Assembly (NCBI GenBank): GCA_977017645.1
Contig: OZ360234.1
Span: forward strand, 60,884,001-60,948,000
Direction: 5' to 3'
Length of the DNA stretch: 64,000 bases
Origin: Torpedo marmorata
Lineage: Eukaryota
Shown here: in pieces, positions 1-11,599 of the stretch
Position numbering within the stretch: position 1 is the first letter of the stretch
Layout of the letters: each line of letters begins with the position of its first letter
Notes under the pieces: model-generated
What the model saw: the letters and a program-made list of their open reading frames with translations, nothing else
Database searches by the model: none
Told to the model about the DNA's origin: nothing
Position numbers and translations under genes: made by a program

Positions 1-248
1 CACACCATCTAGTTTTGTTCTTGAAAGCCAGTCCCAGCCCCATGTGAGATCTCGTGGCCTGTGACCACATATCTGCATTTGGACACTCAATTTATATAGC
101 ATGGGCTAAATGCAAAGTGCATGTTTTACAATGTTCTGTCACCATAAATTGATCAAGCTTGTGTTTGATGCAAAAAGTTATTTTGGATTCTTCTGTCATT
201 TCTTTTAATTTAACTCTGATTTAGGATTTGAAATCTCTCTACTATAAA

Positions 249-736
249 CCGTATATACTCATTTAAAAGTCAATACCATGTAAAAGTTGACCCCCTATTT
301 TTAGCTTAAAAATCTGGAATTTTCCATATATTTCATGTAAAAGTCGACTTTAGTCTCTCACCTCGGCCCCGGCCACCTGCAGGCTGGGGTACCCAATGCC
401 TTGGTCGTGAACTCGCACTTTGGTACTGGCCGTCCGCCCGTTGGAGTTCCCGACGCCTTGACCATGACTTCCCACCTGGCCCAGGTCGCCCGCCCATCAG
501 AACTCCGGACGCCTTGAACGCAGACTTCCCACCCAGCCCCAGCTGCTCGCCCATTGGAGCTCCCGATGCCTGGAACGTGGACTCACGCCTCGGCCGCCCG
601 CCCATCGGAACTCCCAATGCCTCCGATGACACCGTTACTTACCGTGGTCAAAATTAGTATCCATGTGATAAACAGCCCCATAAATTTAACGTTAAAAATG
701 GTCTGCAAAATTTGACTTTTATATGAGTATATATGG
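249..736. mobile_element. Non-autonomous Tc1/mariner (Tigger/pogo-like) DNA transposon (MITE) with internal GC-rich minisatellite
   Basis: ~25-bp terminal inverted repeats CCGTATATACTCATTTAAAAGTCAA (249-273) / TTGACTTTTATATGAGTATATATGG (712-736); right end followed by TA; no transposase. Confidence 0.75.
360..628. repeat. Degenerate ~55-60-bp GC-rich tandem repeat (about 4-5 units) inside the MITE
   Basis: Recurring CGCCCATYRGARCTCCYRAYGCCTTGAAC-like unit; explains the repetitive 333..632 ORF. Confidence 0.7.
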
Positions 737-1487
737 TACATGTTCTTTACAATTGGAATATCCATGATTCCACATACATTTCTAATTGAGTCTTTGCCAG
801 AGGATAATTTAAGCTGTTGTCTTCCAGCACCAGACTCTACCTCCTCCCAAACCTACAGCCTTTGTCACCTCTGACGTAGGGGAACACCACTACTTCGGAG
901 TTCTCTCCCAAGTCTTGAGTTATGTTAACTTGCAAAGACATCAACATTCCTTCAATGCCACTGTGTCGAAACAGGGGACTTCTGCTCAATAGTACGCTAG
1001 GAGTGCCTGCACAAGGGCAATTAGGAATGGGCAATAGATGGGCCTGTGTTGCTGCATTACTTGAAAGAAAAGAAAGAATGTTTTCGAAATATAATGAAAG
1101 ATTGCTGAAAAAGTTATAATGAGGAGTTGCAAAACAAAGTCTTTCTGAGACAAGGGTAAGCTATGAATATTGAAACTTCACTGGCAACTTCTTAAGAACA
1201 TTAGAACATTAGAATTAGGAGAAGAGTAGACGATCCAGCCTTTAAGCCTGTTCTAACATTCATCGAGATTTTGGGCTGATCTTTTCCCTCAGGCTCAGTC
1301 CTGTGTCAGTCCCAAATACGCTGATTCCCTTCATACCCAGAAATATGTTTTGAATGAACACAATGACTGAGCCTCTGCAGCCCTTGAAGTGGACAATTCC
1401 AAAGGTTTCCTGTTCTCTCAATGAAGAAATGTCTGCTCCTCTCAGTCCGCCTCTTTTCTTGACTGATATTGTTGTTGCATTTGATAG

Positions 1488-1575
1488 TTATCTCCAATTC
1501 TGTCCGATATTGAGTATCTACAAGACCAGCACCTGCTATTGACCATAAAGTCCACAGATGGATATGAATCCTATG
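1488..1575 (+). CDS. INPPL1: SHIP2/INPPL1-like exon (LSPILSDIEYLQDQHLLLTIKSTDGYESY-G)
   Basis: AG acceptor 1486-1487, GTAAGT donor at 1576; peptide closely matches SHIP2 LKPILADIEYLQDQHLLLTVKSMDGYESYG; 88 nt, phase 0 to 1. Confidence 0.92.
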
Positions 1576-1814
1576 GTAAGTTAAAGCTGTTTTGGTGCTG
1601 TTATATTTATGGGAACAAGGACTTAAGATGGCGAGCTGGAATTTCCTCCTCAGTAATTTGCAAAAAACGAGCAAGATAGTGACAGCTCAGTCTTGTTCTT
1701 TTCCAAAATTTTATTCCCTTCACTTTATAGTTGCAAGTATAGTCAATACTACTCTGCAAACATAAAGCGGGTCACCAAGAATGAATTTCACCATGAGCGT
1801 GTGAGCAAAATACG

Positions 1815-2905
1815 GAGTCATGGAGTTTTACAGCATAAAAATGGACTCTTCAGCCCAACTTGTCTATGATGACCGTTAATTACCCAAATTAGTCCTGTTT
1901 GCCTGCTTCCCATGAAACCTTTCGTTTCCATGTATCTGTCCAAATGCTTTTTAACATTACAATTGTGCTCACCTCTACCACTTCCTCTGGTAGCTCATTC
2001 AATACACCCACCCCACAATCCCCCCCCCTCCCACCCCGTGTGAAATAAGGTGCCCATCACATACCTGTTAAATCTCTCCCTTCTCACCTTAAATACACTT
2101 TCTAGTTTTAGATTCCCCTACCCTGTGAAAAAGACTGTGACTGAGATTTGATAGAGGTATACAAAATTATGATGGGTATAGATAGAGTAAATGCAAGCAG
2201 GCTTTTTCCACTGAGGATAGGTGAGATTAAAAACTAGAGGACATGGGTTAAGGGTGAAAGGGGAAAATTTTAAAAGGAACATTAGGGGGAACTTCTTCAC
2301 GCAGAGAGTGGTGGGAGTGTGGAACGAGCTGCCAGCTGAATTAAATTTTTTAAATTTTAAGTTAGACACACAGCGCTGTAACAGGCCAATTCAGCCCTAC
2401 GAGTCCGTGCCGTCCAAATTACACCCCATTAACCTACACCCTGGTATGTTTTTGAAGGGTGGGAGGAAACCGGAGCCTCCGGAGAAAACCCACGCAGACA
2501 CGGGGAAAATGTACAAACTCCTTACAGACAGCGCGGTATTCGAACCCAGGTCCGGTCCCGATTGCTGGCGCTGTAAAGGCGTTGCGCTAACTGCTACGCC
2601 AACCGAATTGGTGAATGCAGGTTCAATTTTGACTTTTAAGAAAATTTTGGACAGGTACGTGAACAGGAGGGGTATGGAGGCATATGGTTCTGATGCAGGT
2701 CAGTGGGACTAGGCAGAAAAATAGTTCAGCACAGACTCGAAGGGCTGAAGGGCCTGTTTCCGTGCTGTAGTGTTCTATGATTCTTATGGTTCTATAAATG
2801 CCCCTCATGATTTTATAAGCCTCTATAAAGACTCCCCTCAGACTCCTATGTTCCAGGGAGATGTCTCAGCCTCCTTATAATTCAGGCCTGCTAGTCCTGG
2901 CAACA
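1815..2905. mobile_element. Cluster of CR1-type LINE 3' fragments: a minus-strand relic interrupted by a plus-strand relic (~2142-2790), itself interrupted by a SINE
   Basis: CR1 C-terminal signatures (DLIEVYKIM, TRGHGLRV, RGNFFTQRVVGVWNELP) and typical 3' tails. Confidence 0.75.
2342..2604 (-). mobile_element. tRNA-head SINE inserted in a CR1 relic
   Basis: A-rich tail plus tRNA-like head (GGTTGGCGTAGCAGTTAGC...GGGTTCGAATACC on - strand); GAATT on both sides; same family at ~12330-12592. Confidence 0.7.
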
Positions 2906-3219
2906 TATAAAAAGGGATAAATGCCTGTTTTGTATGATCAATGGGCCACAGTCACTGCAGCTGATAAAGCCAAGGCTCGCCTGTAAATAGACATTTGGGG
3001 GCATTGTTTAAGCAGATCCTGCTTCTTCCTATCCTTCTAAAGGTAGCTTGCAATTTTAGGCCAGCAGGTTCAAGGCCATAAGGAAACATAGTAAGAGGTC
3101 AATTACATTTTTGACTGGCTTTCATGAAAGATGATATCCAAACTGGTGTAAGGATATCTGCATCCAATTAGAATGTGATTACCAGGTATTTCTGAGGCTT
3201 TTAGACTTCACTTGTGACT

Positions 3220-4166
3220 TGTTACAAATTCAAACCAGCAACGACAGAAGACGCAATGCAAAAGGGGTAAAATTGAAATTTATATTTATTAAAGTCAATT
3301 AAACATATAATTTCACAACAATTAACCCCATTATAAACGTCTATAAATACTATTCTTATCTAAAATGTGTGTGTGTGTTTGTGTGTGTGTGTAAAGCCCA
3401 GACCATTACAGTCTGTGCCCAACCCTCATGTAAAAATGGAAAACCTTCCCCAAAACCCGCAGGTCAGTCATAAAAACAAGTCAGTCCCAAAAATACAGTC
3501 CACAAAATTTCACTCTCTATGTTCAGGGTCCAAATTCAGCTCTGTGTGCTGGCAAGAAGGACTTCTTAATGATCGTTGGAGAGAGAGACAATGACTGTTT
3601 ATGCTTACGAATGTTTGGCCTGCTTTTCTTCTCTGTTGACTTTCCCTTCTGGTAGTTTCACAAGGATTGCGACTCCAAATCCGTTTTGGATTGAGGCGTG
3701 TACTTGGATCTCACAGCCTGTCTCGTTGATCTCTCGCCTGTTCTTCACAAAAGTTGCCTTCAACTCAGGATTTTGCTGAATCACCAAGGCCTTGTTTTTC
3801 TCCCAGCCTTTTCCCCTGGGATGCACAAGCCTGGATTTTGCTGATTCAAGAGGCTCTGTGCTCTTCTCCCATCCTTTTCCTCTGGGATGCACAAGCCTGG
3901 ATTTTGTTGGGTTCTCCCGCCTTTGCAACTCCACAACTGAACTTTTAAGGCCTTTTTAGCGGAGGTCTTCACCTGCCTTTTCAAAAGTCCAACCAAGTAT
4001 ATCTTTCCACAGTTTGTCTCCCCCTGGTGCCTCTCTCTCGGTAAGTACAACAAGTCCTGGGCAAGTTAACTCTTTCAGTACCAGGTCCCAGTGTGTACTC
4101 CAAAAGACTTCATTCATCCTTCCTGCTGACCGTCCGCAGTCGAAATGGTCGTCATGGTCCATAACA
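3220..4166 (-). mobile_element. Solo LTR of the Gmr1-like Gypsy family
   Basis: TGTTACA...ATAACA termini, 4-bp TSD GACT (3216-3219 / 4167-4170), homologous to LTRs at 15105, 16960, 24217, 27906, 38778, 43674. Confidence 0.95.
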
Positions 4167-4254
4167 GACTGAAGCCTGGTCCTTTAAAAAATATGCACAA
4201 GGGAGAACATGGAATATTGTTTCAATGCTAAAATAGAAGACATCAACTTTTATA

Positions 4255-4470
4255 TTTTTAATTTTTTTTAAACGTAGACATACAGGCCCTTTCGGTCCAC
4301 AAGCACATGCTGCCCAATTACACCCAATTGATCTACACCCCTCAGGGAAAACCCACGCAGATGTGGGGAGAACGTATAAACTCCTTTCAGACAGCACGGG
4401 ATTCGATCTCCGGTCCCGATCGCTGGTGCTGTAACAGCATTACACTAACCGCTATGCTAACCATGCCACT
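4255..4470 (-). mobile_element. tRNA-head SINE (degenerate)
   Basis: Same head and tail layout as 2342-2604 and 12330-12592. Confidence 0.6.
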
Positions 4471-4809
4471 TTTCTGTTCTTGTTCTTCTGCAATGTATTC
4501 CATATCTGCCTGATGCTGTCTGATTGGTAACTCTGTGAATCAGCTCTCTTGAAGAACAAAGTGTCTCCTTCACACCAAATTCTGAGTTAAAGCACATTGT
4601 CCTGTCACTCATCTCTCTCTGTCACATGGCCTCTTTCTTTTCTCAGTGTCTTGGATCTTGGAGGTAATTTTTCAAGCCCACCCTACCAATGAGTAGTTTC
4701 CTCAGCAGCATTCGGGGCCCTGTTGATAATAGGTGAGTGGTGACATGGCCAAATCAACATCAAGGATTTAAGGAAAGATACATTGATGCCTCTCTTGAGT
4801 GACATTGTT

Positions 4810-5128
4810 AGGGTAGACAGTCAGACTCTTTTCCCCAAGGTAACAGCATCATTTTCCAGAGGAGATGCATTAAGGTGAGGGGAGAAAGTTTAAGGGAGAT
4901 GTGCAGGGCAAATTCTTTGTTCAGAGAGTGCTGGGTGCTGGGAACGGGCTGCCAGGAACAGAGGGAAGCAGAGACAATAGTAGTGTTTAAGAGGCTTGCA
5001 GACAGACACATGAATATGAAGGGGATGGAAGCAAGCAACAGAGTCTTAGTTGATTTGGATATGATGTTCGACACAGACATATGAGCTGAAAAGCCTGCTC
5101 CTTTGCTGTACCTTCTATGTTCTATGTG
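4810..5128 (+). mobile_element. Old CR1 LINE 3' fragment
   Basis: Degenerate CR1 3' coding end and (TTCTATG)n-like tail. Confidence 0.6.
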
Positions 5129-5857
5129 TGAGCCATGCTATTTCTTAGGCACATGTGACAGCTGTGTAAAACAGGTTTAGCATGAACAGGCATTGCCCAG
5201 TTTTTTTCTGGTGGGCTGACAGTGTGATCAGTGGCTGCCACTGAATAAGGTTAAAACGTACACTAAACACAACCTGCAAGAGGAACAAGCAGAATCAGTA
5301 GAAGAAAAAGAATGGTCAACGTTTTGGGCTGAAACCCTTCATTGAGACTGGGAATGTGGAGAAGAGAAGCTAGCATGAGTCCCGTTGCCGAGTTCCTCCA
5401 GCAGACTGCGATTAGCTACAGATTCCAGTGTTAGCAGTCTCCTGTGTGTCCTCAGGTTAAAAAGTAAACTCTGTACCATGGAGTCCATTGCCTTCCCGCA
5501 CCACATTCCCACCATCCACTAGACACCAAGGTGCAGAATTTGAATTAAGGCATGCGACCAGTGGGGAAGGTTCATATCGTGGCAATGGGTAACCTCCCTA
5601 TGGAGATAAGTTATGTAAGACTGGATCGGAGTGACATTTATAACTGGAATTCGGATGCACACTCTGTATCAAACACCCATCTCTGCTGCTCGTTATCTCC
5701 CACTCCATTTAAAATCAGCTCAAAAAATCTCCTTGAAAAATATTTCAAATCAGCAGCTCCAAGGAGGTTAAAATTAATTGCAGAAAATATAGTTCAATAC
5801 CATTAAAGGGTGCTTGTGAATCCTGTGGCCAACATTTCCATGTTAATATGCTTGAAA

Positions 5858-6582
5858 GGCTCAGCAGGTCAAACAGCGTCCTTTTTGTAGCAAAGGTAGA
5901 AATACATAACCAACGTTTCGGGCCTGAGCCCTTCATCAAGGTATGAGAGTATGCCGGCAGGCATCCGAACAAAAGGGTAGTGGGGAGGAGGGGTGGCAAA
6001 GGCAGGAGATGATAGGTGGATGAGGGGAGGGAGGGGACAGCAGCAATGAGGGGTAGGAGGGATGGCTGGGTGGGTAAGGGGGAAGGGTGGGGAAAAACTG
6101 GAAAGACAGGAAAGGGGGAGGCGAAAGAAAAGGTGAGCAAGTTTAGTAGAAGGCAGAGAAATCAATGTTAATGCCATTTGGCTGAGAGTGCCCAGACGGA
6201 AGATAAGGTGTTGTTCCTCCAATTTGCGGGTGGTCAGGGTAAGATAGTGCAAAAGGCCATGGACAGACATGTGAGTCCAGGAGTGTGACCCAGAATTGAA
6301 ACGGTTGGCTACTGGGAGGTCTCTGTGGTTGCGGACGAAGAGGACGCTGTGGTTGCGGACGGACAGTTGCTGCTGTCCCCTTCCTCCCCTCATCCACCTA
6401 TCATCTCCTGCCTTTGCCAGCCCCCCTCCCCCCTACCCTTTTGTTCAGATGCCTGCCGGCATACTCTCATACCTTGATGAAGGGCTCAGGCCCGAAATGT
6501 TGGTTATGTATTTCTACATACAGGACACTGTTTGACCTGCTGAGCTTCTCCAACGTTTTGTGTTTTTTACTTCAACTACTTC
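5858..6582. mobile_element. Penelope-like element relic with inverted pseudo-LTRs (fold-back), 15-bp TSD
   Basis: ~200-bp inverted arms (~5858-6046 / ~6367-6553); GIY-YIG C-terminal peptide RKLEEQHLIFRLGTL on - strand; TTAATATGCTTGAAA at 5843-5857 and 6583-6597. Confidence 0.85.
5905..5945 (-). ncRNA. Candidate minimal type I hammerhead ribozyme (Penelope-associated); second copy at 6468-6508 (+)
   Basis: CAUACC-UUGAUGA-A-GGGC(UCAG)GCCC-GAAAC-GUU-GGUUAUG: stem I, core with U instead of C3, stem II hairpin, palindromic stem III. Confidence 0.55.
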
Positions 6583-6620
6583 TTAATATGCTTGAAACCT
6601 TGCTTGCTGTCCATTTGCAG

Positions 6621-6776
6621 GAGAGTGCTGTATTGCACTGAAGTCCTTGATTGGAAGCACGCCACAGAGGTTTGAGACTGGTCTGTCTCACTTGGGAGAT
6701 GAGTCAGGATCTTTCCGTGTGACAATGAGGGTCGTTGTTCCTGCAGAGCGTAAACGAACTCGGGAACGCCTCTATG
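6621..6776 (+). CDS. INPPL1: SHIP2/INPPL1-like exon (ECCIALKSLIGSTPQRFETGLSHLGDESGSFRVTMRVVVPAERKRTRERLY)
   Basis: TTTGCAG acceptor, GTGAGT donor at 6777; 156 nt, phase 1-1; matches SHIP2 ECVVALKSMIGSTAQQF...RERLY. Confidence 0.93.
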
Positions 6777-7499
6777 GTGAGTTGCCAAGACAGGAGTATC
6801 CTCAGCTGCCAGAGTTCACAGGTTCCCCATCACTTCAGTGAAACAGAAGGATTCACAAGATCAATAAGGCAAAACACCGCAGATGCTGAACATCTGAGAT
6901 TAAAAAAGGCTGCAATTGCCCAGCAGGTTTGGCAGGATCTGTGGAGAGGGAAAAGGGAGTTTATGTGTCCAGTCAACAGAACTAGGAAAAGTAGGAAATT
7001 ATGCATGTTTTAAGTTGCGGAGGAGAGAAGAAAGGAAAGTCTGAGACAGGGTGAGACCGAGAGAGATTAGTGTTGATATCTGTTGAGAGAGGATTATGAA
7101 CATCGAGTTTCTCGAGCAGTTTGTTTATATTGGCTAATCTGACAGGACTGTGTGTAAATGGAGGGAGATGAATGAAAGCAGAGGAGATGTTAAACATGCC
7201 ACAACTCTGAGTTACAGAGGACAGCTGGAGAAGTGAAATAATCCACAGGTCAGTCAGCATCCGTGGAGGGAGAAAATACGAGTTCACGTTACATATCTAT
7301 GGAATGATAAAGTGGTCTCCAAAATTTGGAGGTAACTCAATTTCTTTTTCCGCAGATGCTGCCTGACCTGCTGAGTGTTTCCAATGTTTTTTGTTTGATT
7401 TCCAACATTTATTCTTTTTTTAAATAAAATTTTCACCCGTGTTACCATTTGCTGATGTGCCCATGCCACCAAAATACACCTAGATAAGGACACTTTTGA

Positions 7500-8530
7500 C
7501 ACAAACGTGAAGGCTCATTACTTAGGATTATTAAACTCATTGTTGAGTTTGATGGGTTAGAACAAAAGATGCAGTGCTGTTCCTTGAGCTTATATTGGAG
7601 TTCTTTTGAAGAGTGTATAAGGTCAAAAATAGAGAGATTAGAGTGGGAGTGTGATGGGAATTAAAGAGACAACCCTGGTCTCACTCCATCAGAGTTATTT
7701 CCTTGGTTTAGTCATCCTACGATCTACTTCCTCTACAACTTAAAAATGACCTATTCTCTTTCTTTCCCAGTTCCAATGGAGAGTTTCAAGTTGAAACAAT
7801 AACTCAGTTTCTCCTTTCTGCCTGACTTGCTGAGTATTTTATTTGATTTCATTTCTGAGTAAATGGAGGGGTTCTGCAAAGCATTTACCCAATCTGTGTT
7901 TGCTTTCTCCAATGCAGAGGTGACCACATAGTGAGCAATAAATGCAGAGCACTACATTGGACGAAGTGCAAGTAAATTGTTGCTTTGTCTGCAAGGCATG
8001 TTTGGTCCCTGGGTGGTTGAAAAGGGCAGGGTAAAAGGTCTGGTGTTGCAGTTCCAGGCATTGGAGGAGTAGAGTGATAAGGGGAATGTGTGTTGGTGGA
8101 AATGGAAGGGTGATCCACAGAATGAATGGACCATTCGGAATGCTGAGCAGGATGGGAAGGGTAGGGAAAGGTGTGTCTGGTTGGATCCCGATTGAAGGTG
8201 GCAGTAATTACAGTATGTTGGTAGTGTGCCATGAGAGAATAGGAAAACCCTATCCTTGTTCTAAATGGGAGGAGATGGGGTGAGAGCAGGATTTAATGAA
8301 ATGGAACATAAGCAGTTGAGAGCCCTGTCAACTATGACAAAAGGCGACCATAGCTAAGGAAGACATCTCAAAAGTATGGTGTGGAAAATCTCATCATCAG
8401 AGCTGGAACTGGAGAATGGAGTTGCGTCCTTACAGGAAGCAGATAGGGGGAAGAATAATTAATTTGTGAAACCTGTGGACTGGAAGTGGATATTGGTCAC
8501 TAACCTTTCCCCTAGACTTAGAGATGGTAA
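7500..8530 (-). mobile_element. Old Penelope-like element fragment (GIY-YIG endonuclease region)
   Basis: - strand of ~7880-7985 translates QQFTCTSSNVVLCIYCSLCGHLCIGESKHRLGKC, a degenerate PLE GIY-YIG motif; frameshifted. Confidence 0.7.
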
Positions 8531-8547
8531 AGAACTGGTTGCATTGT

Positions 8548-8765
8548 TCTCATACAACATTATTACAGCACCAGTGACCTGGGTTCAAATCCGTGCTGGC
8601 TATAAGGAGTATGTTCTCCTCGTGTCTGTGTGGGTTTCCTCCAGGAGCTTTACTTCCCTCCCACATTCCAAAGATGGACAGAGTTAACTGGTCACATGGG
8701 TGTATTTGGGTGGCGTGGGCACATGGGCCGGAAGGGCCTTTTGCCATGCTGTATCTCTAAATTAG
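8548..8765 (+). mobile_element. tRNA-head SINE (degenerate)
   Basis: GACCTGGGTTCAAATCC B-box-like motif; body shared with other SINE copies. Confidence 0.55.
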
Positions 8766-8825
8766 ATCACCGAAAAGGTATGTGATCAGTTCACAACCGT
8801 CTGATGTTTATTCTTCTTGTGACAG

Positions 8826-8907
8826 AGTGGATCAGTTCTGAAAGGGATGCGAGCATAACTTCAAAAGATAAAGCTCAATCATCTCAACCAATGCAGGAAT
8901 GCACTGG
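8826..8907 (+). CDS. INPPL1: SHIP2/INPPL1-like exon (EWISSERDASITSKDKAQSSQPMQECTG)
   Basis: GACAG acceptor, GTAAGC donor at 8908; continues RERLY-E-WIS as in SHIP2; 82 nt, phase 1 to 2. Confidence 0.88.
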
Positions 8908-9339
8908 GTAAGCAGTTTGTTCTGTGGAATACCTTTTGGAAACTCGGGAAGCTGTCAACATGGTATCTTTTCTTTAAAAAACAGCCATGTCGTGCATTGT
9001 TCTTGACCCCAGTGTCTTGTTTAACAGCCATACCATTTAATTATCTCCTGAATCCTAAGGAATTTTCCCAACCACTTTCTCTTCATGCTCGATTGAAGAG
9101 TTGTACTAGTTTACATCTCATGAAGTCTGATCCCTCCTGAACATTGTTCGTGTGACATTTCCCCTTGCATCATGTTGATCAGCTATCCCACAAAGTATAG
9201 CGTATAGAATGAAAATAATTGTGCACATCTACAGCTTATTTGGCCAATTATACCCATGTTGGCTCTTTGAAAATTAATTCAAGCCGACTCTTCTGTCCCT
9301 CTTTTACCCATAACTCTTTAAGTCATTCAACCTTCTGTC

Positions 9340-9450
9340 CAACTCCTTGATGAAGAGCTCAAGCCTGAAACGTTGGTTATGTATTTTTATCTTTGCTATA
9401 TACAGGACACTGTTTGACCTGCTGAGTTTCTCCAGCATTGTGTTTTTACT
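9340..9450 (+). mobile_element. Short Penelope pseudo-LTR fragment with degenerate hammerhead core
   Basis: Homologous to 6470-6570 (CCTTGATGAAG...GAAACGTTGGTTATG...GACCTGCTGAG). Confidence 0.7.
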
Positions 9451-10099
9451 CTGTCCAATTCCCTTTAAAATTCCTTTTGATCAGCTCCTGGCTCTTTTTC
9501 AAGTGAAGCATTCCAGATTCATAAGACCATAAGACATAGGATCAGAAATACGCTATTCAGCCCATCGAGTCTGTCCCACCATTGAATCATGAGTTGATCC
9601 ATTTTGGCTGAGAAAAATTCATATCTCTCCATAAGTTCTTTTGTCAATGATTTCTATGCATGCTCCCACATTACTGCTCCTTGTCACAGGGAATAGTCTT
9701 TTATTTCCCAACTAGATGACCCCTCTCCATATCAAAGAAAACAATTCCAGTTTTCCATGCCCTCATAACTGAAGGTTTCATCTCTGGTAAATATTCCATT
9801 AAATCTTTTGATCGTTCTTCATCCAAAATCATTACATATTTCCAAAGGTGCGAAGAGTTGATCATAATATCTCAGATAGGGAACAATAACCAATTTATAA
9901 AAACCTAACAAACCCCTTTTTTATATGCTGGTAAACACAAGTAATCAATTTTTTAGCCTAATTTCAATTTAAGGATTTGAGTAAACGCGTGATTTTAATT
10001 TTAGTAAGGACAAACTTTAAACAAAAGGTTCAAGAGAAAAATGTTTGTTTGTTACCATCCATATGGAATCAAGGGAACTATCATATTGTACCAACTGTG

Positions 10100-11145
10100 A
10101 ATCTAATCAGAATCAGAATCAGAATTTATTGTCATGAACAAGTCATGAAATTCGGTGCTTTGCGGCAGCATCATAGTGCAATTAACATTCATATTAACCA
10201 TTCTAACGACATTACTATATAAAATTATAAACAATAGTGCACTAGTGTCTTTGGTTCATTGATTGTTCAGGAATCTGATGGCAGCGGGGAAGAAGCTGAC
10301 CTTGTGCCGTTGAGTGCTCGTCTTTAGGCTCCTGTACCTTTTCCCCGATGGAAGCAGCGTGAAGAGGGCATGGCCTGGGTGGTGGGGGTCCTTGAGGATA
10401 GAGGCTGCTTTATTAAGACATCGCCTCATGTAGATGTCCTCGATGGAGTGAAGTTTGGTGCCCGTGATGTCACAAGCCGAGGTAACAACCTTCTGGAGTT
10501 TGCACTTGTCCTGGGAGTTGGCACCACCATACCAGGCAGTGATGCAACCAGCTAGAATGCTCTCCACGGTACACCTGTAGAAGTTCACAAGAGTCTTTGG
10601 CGACATACCGAATCTCCGCAATCGCCTCACAAAGTATAGCCGCTGACGAGCCTTTTTTGTGATTGCATCCACGTGGATGCTCCAGGACAGATCCTCGGAG
10701 ATGTTGACACCCAGGAATTTGAAGTTCTTGACCCTCTCCACGACTGAGCCCTCGATGAGGACTGGGTTGTGTTCCCCTGACTTCCTCCTGAAGTCCACAA
10801 TCATCTCCTTGGTTTTACTGACGTTGAGCTCGAGGTTGTTGTCATTACACCATTCAATGAGCTGATCTATCTCCCTCCTGTACGCTTCCTCATTGCCGTT
10901 TGTGATTCTGCCGACAACTGTGGTGTCATCGGCAAACTTGTATATGTCATTGGAATTGTGCCTGGCCTCACAGTCATGAGTGTATAGCGAGTAGAGCAGT
11001 GGGCTAAGCACACATCCTTGGGGTGCGCCTGTGTTGATAATCAGTGAAGAGGAGACGTTGTTTCCAATTCGTACTGACTGTGGTCTTCCGATGAGAAAGT
11101 CAAGGATCCAGTTGCAGAGTGGGGTACAGAGGCCTAGAGGCCATG
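10100..11145 (-). mobile_element. 5'-truncated Rex1/Babar-type LINE with an uninterrupted RT C-terminal ORF (10256-~11140)
   Basis: [43 protein letters not shown] motifs; 3' tail of (TCTGAT)n repeats after GACAATAAA. Confidence 0.9.
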
Positions 11146-11360
11146 AACTGCACACTCACAAAGAATAGGTAAGATTTTTAACAAAAAATTAAATGTTTTG
11201 AAGTGGAAACAAATAGTTGAAAAGTCAGGTTTCTTTTTAACTTAGAGTACACTTAAGACAAGCCTAATTCCGAATGAGAAATGGCATCGGTTTTTATAAC
11301 GTGGTTTCGGTCCGAATGAGGCATTTCATGGCATTTTTTTACTGAATTGGAACTTCACAG

Positions 11361-11498
11361 AATCAGTGGAAAAAGATCTGGTCAGAGCTCAGCTTTCTCT
11401 GAAGACGTCAGCGCAATGTTTTCCAAATCCCCTGATGATCATGGGACTGCTGCCACAGGAAGCAAAGGGAAGGCAAGTGAAGAGGCCATTCAGTCAAG
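11361..11498 (+). CDS. INPPL1: Probable SHIP2/INPPL1-like exon (ISGKRSGQSSAFSEDVSAMFSKSPDDHGTAATGSKGKASEEAIQS-R)
   Basis: TTCACAG acceptor, GT donor at 11499; 138 nt, phase 2-2, compatible with the neighbouring exons; weak similarity to the SHIP2 linker. Confidence 0.7.
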
Positions 11499-11599
11499 GT
11501 ATAGTATTATTCATCACCTCAGAGGCAGCACTGAAATGGACACTTGTCTTCTCATCACTTTTACGCTATTACTTTAAAACATTGGATGCTGGCAGGGTG

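Noticed and set aside
360-628. CRISPR-like array
   Set aside because: Eukaryotic context; the units are degenerate tandem repeats without unique spacers or cas genes.
333-632. Repetitive 99-aa protein
   Set aside because: Translation of the MITE-internal minisatellite.
6330-6365. Short direct repeat CTGTGGTTGCGGACG(A/G)A as a regulatory element
   Set aside because: It lies at the inversion junction of the Penelope relic and is best explained as a template-switch duplication.
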